A stretch of 64,000 bases of DNA from Massalongia carnosa (Eukaryota). Below the pieces are notes generated by a model. The model was not told where the DNA came from, did no database searches, and saw nothing but the letters and a program-made list of their open reading frames with translations. Position 1 is the first letter of the stretch, and the number at the start of each line of letters is the position of its first letter. Position numbers and translations under genes: made by a program. This document shows, one piece after another, positions 1-12,479 of the stretch. The stretch lies in the NCBI GenBank assembly GCA_965645245.1, contig OZ287068.1, forward strand, positions 1,922,001-1,986,000. The letters run 5' to 3'.

Positions 1-48
1 CTTGACTTGCGCTGACTAAGTTACCCTTGCTTCCAACCAACATCGAAA

Positions 49-540
49 ATGAACTCCACACGTATGCTCCTCCAAGTTGCTGAACACCGCACTCCCCTCA
101 TCAAATTCGTAGGGAAACGTTCTCCTCAGAGTTCGTTGTCCTCTCCTTCTTTCATCACAGATGCTTTAATAACCCTTCATGCCTCAGAGCCCGCAGATCC
201 CACCCCCCATGCTCATCCCGCTTCCCCGTCCTCGTCCCTTCCGGATTCCTTCGTCCAATACCGCTCCAAAGCCCAACAGCACGGGCCGCTTGGTCACCGC
301 TCCAGTTCCTCAGCTTCGTCTTCATCGTCCTCAGCGGCGCCAACATCGTCGTCGTCGTCGGCAGCTTCACTAGCGTATGGAGCGATCGGCGGGCATTCTG
401 GGAAGTCACTGGGGAGTGTGGATCCGCCAAAAGGACAGTTTTTCGATCGTAGCGAGCTACCTGCTAGATTCGGGAGGATGAAATGGACTGGGGCGGAAAT
501 TGAGGCCGTGGAGACCGGAGGGGCGAGTGTGGTTGCTTAG
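49..540 (+). CDS. KGD4: Mitochondrial S36/YMR-31 family protein (alpha-ketoglutarate dehydrogenase subunit Kgd4); exons 49-130, 188-540
   Basis: N-terminal HRTPLIKFVGKR, PHAHPASP and C-terminal EIEAVETGGA motifs match the family. A 57-nt GT..CAG intron at 131-187 is in frame. Confidence 0.8.
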   Translation: MNSTRMLLQVAEHRTPLIKFVGKRSPQSSLSSPSFITDALITLHASEPADPTPHAHPASPSSSLPDSFVQYRSKAQQHGPLGHRSSSSASSSSSSAAPTSSSSSAASLAYGAIGGHSGKSLGSVDPPKGQFFDRSELPARFGRMKWTGAEIEAVETGGASVVA

Positions 541-1005
541 GCAAATAGAGTTGGGGAAATGGCGGTCATTTGATTTATAAATAAACGGTCTTGGTGTTCA
601 ATACAGGCGAACGGCGGGTAGGATGGGGTTTATAGAGTACGGCTCAGTACGACTGTATGTAAAGGGGACTGGCCATGAAACTTGTATATAGAAGTTGGAT
701 TCGCGGGTAGAGTAATAGATCCTCCCTCGCTTTCCGTAGAAGAGCAAATACTGTCGTGAACGATCGATATAGGGGCTTTTAACACTGGTGTACTTTGTAT
801 CGGAAACAGGTAAAGAGAGACGAAATGAAGAACTTCTAAGTCAACGAAATGGAGCATTTACATTGATGATCATATAATCCTCTCTAACATGAAAGCCAGA
901 AATATAAATGCTGCTTATGCTGAGAAATCAAGGCCTTTCCGCAAGAAACCAAGACTGCTGTCAGAGCATCTACCTGACCCATGGCAAACCCGGGAACTCG
1001 CAAGT

Positions 1006-1497
1006 TTACTGCTTCCCAGTCCCCTTCTTCACTTTCTTCCACCCTTCGAGCGTCACCTGAAAGTCATCCGAGAACCTATCCCACCGCTTCAGTCCATCCT
1101 CTCCTACTGTATACCAACCCGCCTTCTGTGATAAAAATATATGGGCAGTCGCCTGACCCAACCCTCGTTCGACGCTTTCTTCATCAATGGTTCCCGCCGC
1201 GATACTCATCTTCTCAGGCTCACAGGCATATTTCATCGTAATCGGCGTCCCGCACGCAGAGCAATATCCGCGCTCAGCGACATCCGAAAGATACAGAGTT
1301 TGCAAAGAAGCGCTAGGGTCGAGAGTGACGGACGAGGTGGGGAAGTCAGCGAACGTTAGGAACGCGGAACCGGATAGGCGGCGGCACATGATGCAGTGGC
1401 AATGTTGGATGTCAGATGGGAGAGAGGTGCTAGTATATTGCACCCTTCCACAACAACAGCCGCCTCGAAGGACGATAGAAGACTCAGCATTGGACAT
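1006..1497 (-). CDS. GFA/CENP-V (Mss4-like) zinc-binding protein
   Basis: Cys motifs GGCCCGRVQY, HCHCIMCRR and RGYCSACGTP, plus AHIFLSQKAGWY. Single exon. Confidence 0.9.
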   Translation of the reverse strand: MSNAESSIVLRGGCCCGRVQYTSTSLPSDIQHCHCIMCRRLSGSAFLTFADFPTSSVTLDPSASLQTLYLSDVAERGYCSACGTPITMKYACEPEKMSIAAGTIDEESVERGLGQATAHIFLSQKAGWYTVGEDGLKRWDRFSDDFQVTLEGWKKVKKGTGKQ

Positions 1498-1883
1498 AAT
1501 GAAAGCCGACGGAAGAAAGCTTTAAGAATATATGGATATTTGAAGCACCTGGTAAACAGCAGAGATTTGATATTTTAGTAGAGACCGCTCTGTATCGGGT
1601 GAAGAAAAGAAGATAGCTAGCAAACTAACTATGATAGGAAATGACTTCAACATGACGTGTTTCGCAAGAAAACAGGTTATTTCGATATTAATTCAGCGGA
1701 AAGCTCGGAATTCACAAGAGATACGAGGAGCATCTGGCTGTTGAAGTTGGGTGGAGGTTTGGCAAGCGCGGAAATGGAAGCCGCCTCCTCTCTTATAGGG
1801 CTGAAATTTATGCATCTAGGCATTTTTGCTAGGGCTTCTATCTGAACATTTTACCTCATTGACTCACCTATTTAGATCTCGGG

Positions 1884-3043
1884 ATGCAAAAAGTGCTTCG
1901 TGCCACTGATCGTGCCAAACACCAGGCTCAGCGGAAACTTCTCAATAAGATCTCTAAGAACAATGCTGTTCAACGGACGTTGCGAAAGCGAGAGTTTGAT
2001 ATGATCTCTAAAGATCTCCAATCGGATATTCGTGCCGCGCGTATTGCACAGCGAGAGGACTGGTTGCTAGGACCGTTGGCTCCTCGCAGAGACGTGGGAA
2101 GCTTAAAGGATACTTATGGAACAGTTTCCATTCGAAGATTAAGAGGAGTATACATAGGAAGAAAGCACGATTATTGTATTGTTGAGGGTGATCGAGTTGC
2201 TGTTGTCGAGCAAGCCTTTCGAGATTATGGGAAGATAGGTACAGTGAGGGACGTGAGGGAAGAGGCAATGGAATGCACGGTTGAGGGGTTGAATCTGGTA
2301 TGTTAGGATTGAGATTCCTGTGTGCCTCTTATGATGGGCAAAGGTTGTGTGGACCTCTTGGCTAGCGCAAATTATTCCTTCCAGAACACAAGTTTGACTG
2401 TTATTTGTAGGTCGACGTTGCGACTCCTAAACATATGCTCGAAGAAGACAATGCAGACCGCCCAACCCAAACTGTTGAAGGGCCAATCCCGCTACATGCC
2501 GTCCGACTCGTTTATCCTGTCAGAAGCCCGGAGACAGGTGCTTTTCGTGATGTTCTTATCAAGGAGTTGAAACGCACCCCTTCGTTGGAACAAAGATTGG
2601 GTCATCCTGAACGGTATATCGTAGGGACAGAACCGAGATCTTACATCCCGCTTCCCGAAAAGCCTAAGGTCGAACATAAAGACCATGATGTAGATACATT
2701 GAGAATCGAGGTTGAGCAAAGAACGTGGACGCCGACATTATATCACGCACCGATGCCGCGGACAGTCATCGATGAGCTGCGAAACAAGTACAGCGTCTTC
2801 CGCGACAGACATGACCCAAGCTATGTGAAGGGGCGCGAGGAGCTGGTGATCAAGATCGAAGAGGACAGAAGGAAGAAGGAGGAGATGATGATCACGCCGT
2901 TGCAGGAATATCACAGGATGAAGAAGCTGGAAAAGAGTCAAATGAAAGAGAAGCCTTTGGATAAGGAAACACTGAGGATGATCGGGGAGGTCATGGCTCG
3001 GAACAAAGGACGGCTAATAGAAGGAAATGCGCCATCTGGATAG
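1884..3043 (+). CDS. MRPL40: Mitochondrial large-subunit ribosomal protein uL24m (KOW motif); exons 1884-2297, 2411-3043
   Basis: REDWLLGPLAPRRD, KOW-like IVEGDRVAVV..GKIGTV and PMPRTVIDELRNKYSVFR. A GTATGT..TAG intron at 2298-2410 joins the two ORFs in frame. Confidence 0.85.
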
Positions 3044-3228
3044 CACAGCTCTAAAATCCAAAGAACCATGTAACATAAACAAGTCTAAAGGCTCCATATT
3101 CCTCTGTCCTTGAGCTTGGAAGATCAGGTATCGCCAGGATAGGAGATCGAGATTCCGATTCCAAACTAGGTATATAGTAGCTCATACATACTATGTACAA
3201 CCAGGTTTCCCTTAAAAATCCCCGCTTG

Positions 3229-3742
3229 TCAAGCAGCCCCGTTCCCCTCCCCGATTTCCTCCCCGATTCCCTTGTCCTTACTCCTTTTTCCAACCGCATA
3301 CACCAACCCTCCACTCACTAGATTCGCCGCACACATCCCCATAGTCGCCCCCCTAATAATCCCCCTGACACTCCATTTCTGCATTAGAGGCTGCTTCCTT
3401 CTCCGCGCTAGCAGCAAGTAAAGCCCAGACCATGCAGCGCTGATGCCTGCGGCATCGATCTTGTAGCCGTAGACGTTGAGATAGGTGCTGAAGAGCAAGA
3501 TAGGAGGGAAGAGGAGGGGGAGAAACTGAGGGGGACGGGCGTGCTGAGCGGCGATGAATGCTGCGAGGAGGGTAGGTGGAAAAGCGTTTTCTGCCAGCAG
3601 AGAAATTAGTCGATGGTTTGAATGCGCATTGCGCCTAGTGAAGAGGAGCTGTGATACCGCCCCAAGCTTTTGCGTAGCTGATTGCAGATTTCTTAGTTTC
3701 TGGAACGGTGTTTTCGTCGGGCATGGCGGAGCTTGGGGACAT
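3229..3742 (-). CDS. Small conserved fungal membrane protein, Aim19-like; exons 3742-3658, 3590-3229
   Basis: Spliced product MSPSSAMP...AWGENAFPPTLLAAFIAAQHARPPQFLPLLFPPILLFSTYLNVYGYKIDAAGISAAWSGLYLLLA. Intron 3657-3591 has GTATCA, CTAAT and CAG. The family call is from recollection. Confidence 0.65.
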
Positions 3743-4116
3743 GAGAATAGATTAGGACTCGGGATGCTCCTTGGGGATAGGAACTGATAATATTGTATAT
3801 TCTTAAGCCATCACGACTAAAGTACTCGAATCAAAGAACATACTTTAAAGCTGCTAAATATTTTAGCTGATGCTCGTCATTGCACCACCCGACAAGCGTT
3901 TAGCGCGGAAAGGCATCCCCTCGAATCTGATCAAACCACGCTTCCAGAAAAGTATGAGCTTCAACTCTCCAACATCCCCGTTTATATTTTCTACAGCAAC
4001 TTTCAGACTCGACATCCTTTATAGAGAAGCTACCTAAGCCAACTGCTAGCTTGCTTGAATTTCCTGTAGCGATTGCGTAAGACTATTCGGGGAGGTATAC
4101 GATTGTCTCACTAGTT

Positions 4117-5331
4117 ATGCCCGCATCAACGGCTTCCGGCGCCGATGCGACACCGAATGGAAGCGCAAAGAGCCGTGACCATAACCAGGGAAATCAAGAT
4201 CGCAAATACACAATCGAGCAAAAAGCGGCGGTAATCAGGGTGCGGGCATGCTCGCCAACTGCATTCTACGAAATATTGGGGTTAGAACAGAGCTCATCCG
4301 ATTCAGAAATCAAAAAGGCATATCGAAAATTGAGTTTGTTAACACATCCTGATAAAAACGGCTATGATGGAGCAGATGAGGCTTTCAAGAGTGAGTTATA
4401 TGCAGATCGGACTGCATTCGAGAAGGGCTTGAGCGCAATGTCCGGATGGGACTGGACTGATTATTGTTCTCGCAGTGGTTTCTCGGGCATTTCAAATTTT
4501 ATCAGATGCAGATAAAAAGGCCAAATTTGATCGTTTTGGAGGAGATCCAGACAATAGATTTGCGTCTGGATCGGCTCCAAGCGCGTCGCCGTTCAGCGGC
4601 TTTGCTAGATCGCCAGGTGGGGGCAGAGGACCTATGTTTGAAGATGAAATATCACCTGAGGAGCTATTCAATAGATTCTTTGGAGGTGGTGTAGGCGGGG
4701 GACCATTTGGTAAATTGCCTCTGGAAAGGAGAAGACATTGCCGGATTTCGCTAACCGTAGCATAGGTGGAGGGGGCATGTTTGATAATGGATCACAATTT
4801 GTCTTTAACCTCGGTGGGGGACCTGGCTTTAGAGTTCATCAATTCGGAGGCGGCGGACCTAGACGGAGACCGCGGGAAGCAAATGGGAACTCGGACGAGC
4901 GGCCTCAGAGCACCATGTCCACTCTCTCAAATCTGCTGCTCTTACTTATCCTCTTCGTTCTTCCACTTCTGTCCTCGATCTTCTCATCATCCACTCCTAC
5001 TGGACCCTCGATATTATTCGACGGCCCTAAGGAACCCTACACGATGCACCGTACTACATCCCGTCTGCGGGTCAATTACTACATAAACCCTAAAGATGTC
5101 GCCGAATTTGGCAGCAGGAAAATGTCTGAGCTAGACAGGCAAGCGGAGAATAAATACATTTCGGATTTACAGCTTCAGTGCCAGGTCGAGCAACGGCAGC
5201 GGAACAGAATGGTGGAGGAGGCACAAGGGTGGTTCTTCCAAGACGCGGATAAGATGCGGGATGCTCGGAACTTTGATATGAGAAGTTGTAGACGCTTGGA
5301 GGAGTTTGGTTTTTCAAGTAGCGCATATTGA
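4117..5331 (+). CDS. HLJ1: ER-membrane DnaJ co-chaperone (Hlj1/DNAJB12-like); exons 4117-4390, 4476-4709, 4766-5331
   Basis: J domain with HPDKN, a G/F-rich region, one TM ([17 protein letters not shown]) and a luminal C-terminal domain. Canonical introns at 4391-4475 and 4710-4765. Confidence 0.88.
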
Positions 5332-5711
5332 GGGATTTGGGGGGGGCGGTTGTCACTTTTGAATTAGTATTGCATGATTCGGCATGGAGTTAACTAAGGG
5401 CGATCTTCAAGGGTCATCGCTGGGGAGTTGATGAGACTTGGCGTGTTCGAATAGACCCCGAACGTCTATACTTATGGTCCATACCCTTATAATGATGTTA
5501 CTTGTAAACAAACAAATGAATTGTTTAATTCATTTTCTTAATGCTTCATCTGCTGACAAATTTTCTGTCCAGCAACGACGATCGTCAGATTACTAATATG
5601 TAACTACCTAATCCTAGTCTTTCTGCCTGGTACATTTAAAGTGCCACTTTCTCTGAATTTCTTGGATCAACCTGAGAGCGTGGAGGCCTCGTACCTTAGA
5701 GTTTCTACAGT

Positions 5712-8700
5712 ATGTCTGATCCAGTCTCTGAGGCGGACAAGGTGATTTTCAGCTCCCTGGCGATGCACACTCTAGTAGATTAACCTGCTGCTGTAGATCC
5801 GCAATAAACGGCTTGCCAAACTCGGCTCGCAGCCTTCATCACAACCCTCGTCAGCTGGAACTGATGGGGAAAGAAGCAGAGATGCCACATCCGTGTTGGC
5901 CCCGACAGGTGTGCCTTCGCCACAGGACGGGGCTGGGGACAAGGAAGCGGCGAGGTCGAAGGTTAATGTCTCGAAAACACTGGACCCCTCCTCAAATCCA
6001 TTCTCGCAGCTTGGCTTGAAAGCGAACGGCAAGAGCCCAGGGATCAATATAGGTTCGAACTTGGGACGACCAATAACCCCTATAAAGCGCCCGATTTCTG
6101 CTAGTGGAAAATCCAGTCCCAAACCAGGGGAGTTATTAGAGACATGGGAGAACAGAGTACTTGGTAGCATTTTCAGGCTCACTTTGGATCCGGGAGCAAA
6201 GCAAGATAGCCATGGGCATCATCTGCAGTTTGTAGCAGGCGTTCGGAGCGATCTGGAAGACCGGCATGAATCAGTCATCCTGAGTACGGCGGTTCTAGAA
6301 CAAGCTCTATTTGAGGCAGCGTCGAGTTTGGAAAAGATGACCCCTCTGGACTATCTCCTTGCTTGTTGGAAACGGGTTGTAAGACAGATGAGAACATTCA
6401 AAGGGGCCACCTCCCTAGATCCGAAGTTTATTGTGCTTAAAGAGGCAAGGAGATTATGCATGAGCTATTGCTTATTTGCGGTGACGATGCCTGATATGTT
6501 TGAGTAATTATGCTGCATCTGAACCTTTGTCTTGTGGTAGCTAACAGGCTCCAGTCGAGAAACACCCGATGTGAACCCCCTAACTCCGCATTTGTTGGTA
6601 GATCCAGAAGATGATAGAGGTGTCTGCCATGAATTCCTATCCGAAGCAATCTTACGAGCCGGCGATGATGAAACAGTCCTACCAGCAGTGGTGGGGGCTG
6701 TTGAAGATCTCAGTCGGCAACTTGCCAAAATGGCCATGAGCGATAATTATCAGCCTTATGTCTCTGCAAGTAATCCTTTGATTTCCTATTCTGCAGCTCT
6801 CTGCTAATATGATGCGAAGGCTTTACGAAACATTGCCTGTTATCCTCCATTAATACACGCTCTTATAAAATCTCCCATGTTTCTTCCGACGCACGTACCA
6901 GCACAGGCACTCGAAACCACAACCTTACTCGGCCCATTCTTTGCCATATCGCCCTTACAGAAGGGCGTTCCTGTTAATTATTTCTCCAGCCCCAAGACTC
7001 TTGATAAGGGTTTCATAATGAATTCTCAGAGAGCACTCCTGATGGGGCTTAAAGCCCATCAGACCGATGTCCTTGACATTGTTAATCACATAATTAAGGC
7101 CGGCAAAGAACCTAGGGAGAAGTTGCTCGACTGGTTTTCTGTCTGTGTCAATACCAACCACAAACGCCGCGCTTTGCATCCGGATCCAAAGGCTATTTCT
7201 AGCGACGGGTTTATGATCAACGTCACTGCTTGCCTGGACCAGCTGTGTGAGCCATTTATGGATGCAACCTTTTCGAAGGTGGATCGGATAGATGTTGATT
7301 ATTTGCGGCGGAATCCTAGGGTTGATATTAAAGAGGAGACCAAGCTTAATGCAGACCAGAACGCCTCTGATGCCTTTTACGGTAAGCTGGCCATCGGGAC
7401 ATCCAACTTTATATCGGAGATCTTTTTCCTCACCCTGGCGGCCCACCAGTATGGTACCGAAGCTGCAGGGGTAACCCTCGGCTCACTGGACAAAGATATC
7501 AAGCGGATGGAGAAGACTATCGAAGAGCTGGAGCTTGACCGCCATAAGTACATCAACGATCCTGTAAATCTAAGGCTGTTTGATAGTGCGGTGAAGAAGT
7601 TTAAGGACAAGATAGACCAGGGTCTTTCGTATAAGCTTGCAATTCAAGGAATTCTGCTAGACGATCTATCCCAAGCACGCTCCATGCAGTTCATGCGATA
7701 TGTCATCGTATGGTTATTACGTATGGTTGTTCCTGGGCATGGTTTTCCCAAACACTTGGTTCAGCTACCATTACCCAAGGAGGAGCCTGACGTGTTCAAG
7801 TGTTTGCCAGAATACTTCTTGGAGGTTGTTATTGGGAACTTTAAGTTCATCATGAGAAACATGCCTCAGATAATTACTTCCACGCAGAGTGACGAGCTCG
7901 TGATGCTTTGCGTTACATTTCTGCAAAGCTCCGAATACATTAAGAATCCATATCTGAAGGCAGGGTTAGTTACCATTATGTACCATGGGATTTGGTCAAC
8001 ATACAACCGCTCGAACGGCATCCTCGGCGATCTTCTTAAATCGTTACCGTTTGCTACAAAGTACTTACTTCATGGTCTGATGAAGTTCTATAACGAAGTG
8101 GAAAACACTGGTGCGCATACTCAGTTCTATGACAAGTTCAACATTCGATATGAAATCTTCCAGATCATCAAGTGTATATGGTCAAATCCTGTTTACCGCG
8201 AGCAACTCTCCCAAGAAGCGGAGACTAACGTCGACTTCTTTGTTCGTTTCGTCAATCTCCTGCTTAATGATGTCACTTTCGTTCTTGATGAGTCCCTGAC
8301 AGCTTTTACGGAAATCCATAATCTTTCAGAAGAACTCAAGAATTCACCAGGCATGGAGCAAGCCACTCGCACGGAGAAGGAAGAGCTTCTTAGCGCCGCC
8401 AAAGGGAAAGCCAAGTCTTACATGCAGCTTACGAACGAAACGGTCGCTATGTTAAAGCTGTTCACTGAAGCCCTCGCGGGTTCGTTCACCATGCCCGAGA
8501 TTGTACAGCGATTGGCCGACATGCTGGACTACAATCTCAATACTATGGTTGGATCTAGGAGCAATCATCTCATCGTTGAAAACCCTCAAGAATACGGATT
8601 CAATCCAAAAGCTTTGCTCGCCGAGATTATTGACATCTACCTTAATTTAAAGGACAAGGAAAACTTTGTGTTTGCGGTTGCAAGGGACGGGAGATCTTAC

Positions 8701-9240
8701 AAACCGGAAATCTTCGAAAAGGCTACGGGTATCGTCAAAAAGTGGCGGTTGAAATCGTCCGAGTCAATCGCTGCATGGACGGCGTTGGGAGAAAGGTTCA
8801 AGATGGCTAAAGCATTGGACGAGCAGGCGGAAGAGGATCTGGGAGACATCCCTGATGAGTTTTTGGGTAGGTTGGATCGCTCTTGGCAGATGGAGTCGAT
8901 GATCTAACGGTGTTGGATGCAGATCCTTTGATGTACGACTTGATGAAAGATCCTGTCATCCTCCCTACGTCTAAGATCTCGATCGACCGATCAACGATTC
9001 GTTCGCATCTTCTCAGCGACCCCAATGATCCCTTTAACCGTACTCCGTTGAAAATTGAAGATGTCGTTCCTGGTAGGTTGAACCCCGTTCGCCTCCGGTT
9101 TTGCGGGCCAGGCCATCATCTTAGCTGTAGCTGACACATGGGTAGATACGAGCCTGCTAGCTCGCATCGAAGCATTCAAGGCCGAGAAGAAAGGGAAAAG
9201 GATAGCAGAGTCTGGCGTTATGGATATTGGGCCGGACTAG
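5712..9240 (+). CDS. UFD2: Ubiquitin conjugation factor E4 (U-box); exons 5712-5741, 5797-6503, 6555-6765, 6820-8866, 8923-9072, 9146-9240
   Basis: [11 protein letters not shown]-terminus, core motifs [21 protein letters not shown] and [12 protein letters not shown], and U-box [22 protein letters not shown]. All introns keep frame; one is GC-AG. Confidence 0.95.
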
Positions 9241-10195
9241 GAATGAATCAATGGGGAGGGTATATAAGTTAGGCATTGCTCGATGGGTTTCGAATTCAGG
9301 AGAAGGAAGCGTCCGGTAGGGGTGCATTCATGGCGTTTTTATCGTTTGTGATAAACGGTCATTCGAGAAAGTGCATGTCTATGGGCTACCTATTCCAAAG
9401 GCAGTGTGCCCATGGAATTGTAAACATGGTACGATACCGTGGTAGATTTGGGTGAGCCAAGGGAAATGGATTGGGTCACGCGCATCCGGCTGTGGTACAA
9501 CGCTGTTCCTTTGCAACATTGATCGATCGCTAGGAACTACGATTCACAGGTCTGAAGCCGGAGAACTATAGATGATAATCACGTGAATTGGAGATGTTCG
9601 TTGCGAGTCACATGTTGTTTAGGCATTCTTGAATTTGCTAGTTACGAACAAGTATAAAAAGTACGGAGTAGCTTCTGATGAACTCTGATGCAATGATTAT
9701 GGCATACATGACGACTCATTTCCTCCCTTCCCCCTTGTCTAGCTGAACATTACCGCATATAGAGCACGAAGTACGGAGTAACGTTACTCTATACAGAGGT
9801 ATTGTAAGCGAGACCCGTGTGGCCGACGCCCCGAAACAGGAAACGAGAGTAATCTATCTAGCCTGGTACCTGGTCTAGACTGGAGGAGCCTTGTTGTACT
9901 CCGTACTCTGTAATCTGTAACGAGAAAGAGGATTCGTCTGGGATTCCCCGTTGCCTGCGACTACCAACAAATCAGGCGCTTGCTCTACATGATAAGCGCC
10001 TTTCCGATTAGTCGTTAGTCCTTCTCGGTCGTCTGCTTGACCTTCTTCTTCACCTTCAAAACTGCTGATCACATTCCCTCCTGCCGTCTTCAGCCTCGTT
10101 TACCCTCTTCATCGTCGTGTCTCTCTCGGAATAGCTTGCTTCCGTAGAGCTGAATTCTTTTTGGTCTGCCATCGAGACCTTTGTCTTCCGAAATC

Positions 10196-10359
10196 GTAAG
10201 TATCATGGACCTCTTCCAGAATCACACTGAGCTTCACAACTGTCGTTCCTCATCTTAAATCCCACAACTAACCTTAACTTTTACCCCACTGCCATCAAAG
10301 TGTACTTGCGTATTCAAAATCGAAGCTTGCTGACGTTGTTGCCTGTGTGTGCGTCAAAG
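10196..10359 (+). other. Probable 5'-UTR intron of RHO1, ending immediately before the ATG
   Basis: GTAAGT donor at 10196, GCTGAC branch point near 10329 and AAG acceptor at 10357-10359. Confidence 0.65.
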
Positions 10360-11332
10360 ATGGCTGAAATCCGCCGCAAACTCGTCATCGTGGGTGATGG
10401 TGCTTGTGGAAAAACTTGTCTGTTGATGTAAGTCTCATCTTAAACCTCATGATAACACGACCCTCTTATCGCACTGCTATCGGTAACTGAACTCCATCAC
10501 CAACAGCGTCTTCTCCAAGGGTACCTTTCCTGAGGTCAGCATTCCTCCATCTTTTCCCCGAATCGACACTTGCAGCTGTTGAGGCTATGAGATCACCTTA
10601 TCTCGATCTCAACACTCGGCATAGGAACAAAGATAACTTTGCTACATGAATGATATTGATTGTATGCTTTCTAGGTCTATGTGCCAACTGTGTTCGAAAA
10701 CTACGTTGCCGATGTCGAGGTCGATGGGAAGCATGTTGAACTAGCATTGTGGGATACGGCTGGCCAAGAAGATTACGATCGCCTACGCCCTTTGTCCTAT
10801 CCCGATTCTCATGTCATTCTTATCTGCTTCGCCGTGGACTCTCCAGATTCGCTTGACAACGTCCAAGAGAAGGTAGGCAACTTGTGCAACGAGCGGGAGG
10901 CCTAGCTCCTGCATCTCAGCGATGCGAAGGGCAAGGCTGACAATCAGTAGTGGATCTCTGAAGTCCTCCATTTCTGCCAAGGCCTACCCATCATTCTGGT
11001 TGGTTGCAAGAAAGATCTACGTTATGATCAGAAGACCATTGAAGAGCTACATAAAACATCGCAGAAGCCTGTGACCCCAGAGCAGGTAAGGCTTTGATCT
11101 TACTACCTCTCATCTCCGAAGTCATCCTGTGTCCGGTATATTTGATCGGTGCAAGACTAACCAAAGCATCTAGGGCGAAGAGGTTAAGAAGAAGATTGGT
11201 GCAAAATATTACCTCGAGTGCTCCGCGAAAACGAATGAAGGCGTTCGAGAGGTTTTTGAGCACGCAACTCGTGCGGCCTTGCTATCAAAGAAGCAGAGAG
11301 ATGGCAAAGGACATCGCTGCAGGATTTTGTAA
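10360..11332 (+). CDS. RHO1: Rho1 GTPase; exons 10360-10427, 10507-10534, 10675-10872, 10951-11085, 11174-11332
   Basis: [50 protein letters not shown] and the C-terminal CAAX CRIL*. Confidence 0.97.
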
Positions 11333-12479
11333 AGTATCCTTCGTCAGCTAGGGATAGTTCGATGGTTTAACCCCTCCGCGAACGATGGGGGCTTCCTCTC
11401 GGTGGTCAAGTGGATAGCGGGTTGACGAGAAAGGTTTGTTTTTTTGTGGCATTTTCCATCTGGGGGATGGTTGAGGCAAACTGCAGCTCCTAATGGAGCC
11501 GACGAAGCTTTTGACGCGAACGGGTTTTATCAGGAGCTAAGGGTTTGCTGCGAAGCTGATGATTAAAAACATCTTTAAGACTATCGACAACGCCTCCCCC
11601 CCTTACTACTATGCGGATTCCCTGAGACGAGTTCTTACGTGGTTGGAAGGATGAAAGCGGTACAAGGTCATAAGGCTTCTCACACCCTCGTTGTATCCGC
11701 GGTGCTGCTCTCTACACCTTCTTGGCAATTCACGGCTGGAAAGCATTTAATGGAAATGGTTCCTTTGTTCGCTTTTCTTTTTCCCTGTCCACGGCACACA
11801 ACCCCCTTTCCCCTTTCTCGTCATCAAACGCGCCTTTCTGGTCTTTTTCTTTTTCGTTGGCGGATACAACAAGTGTGATTGCCGTTTTTTATTAGAAGCG
11901 TACCTTTCTAGCAAGGAACCGATAGTTTTGCTTTCTCCGATGGTGCCATATGCCGATGCCGATGCTGTGAACGTTTAATCGTGTTATTGCATATGGATGC
12001 TTGAAAGCAAAGAAATAATAACAATGTGACATGCGAATCCCGCTCATTCTTCAGCCATCATGGGTGTATTGTGGCCCATCATTCATGTATCTTTCAGCTC
12101 TCGAGGAAAATTCCCCGAAAACCCACCTGCCAATGAATGGATATTCCTATTCCCACTCTCCCAGCAAGTTATCCTTCCTTTCCAGCGTCTTTTCCCCCTC
12201 CTTCCACTCTATCAGACCTACCACTTCAAACCCTATCGCCCTCCGCTCCTCTTCTAACAAAAACCATAAAGGCAGGCAGGGAGACACCGGTTTGGTCCGA
12301 GTTGATCCTACCCAACCACAAACGTTCACTGATGTATAGATATTACAGCATTGGCAGACAATAACTCGTTTGCGCAAGGGAGGTGGGGAGAGGGAATACG
12401 TTTCCTCGACATTGCAAAAGTCCATTTGCTGATGAGAGCAGTTAACTACTTAACATAAATCAGTTAATCGTGATTCTTT

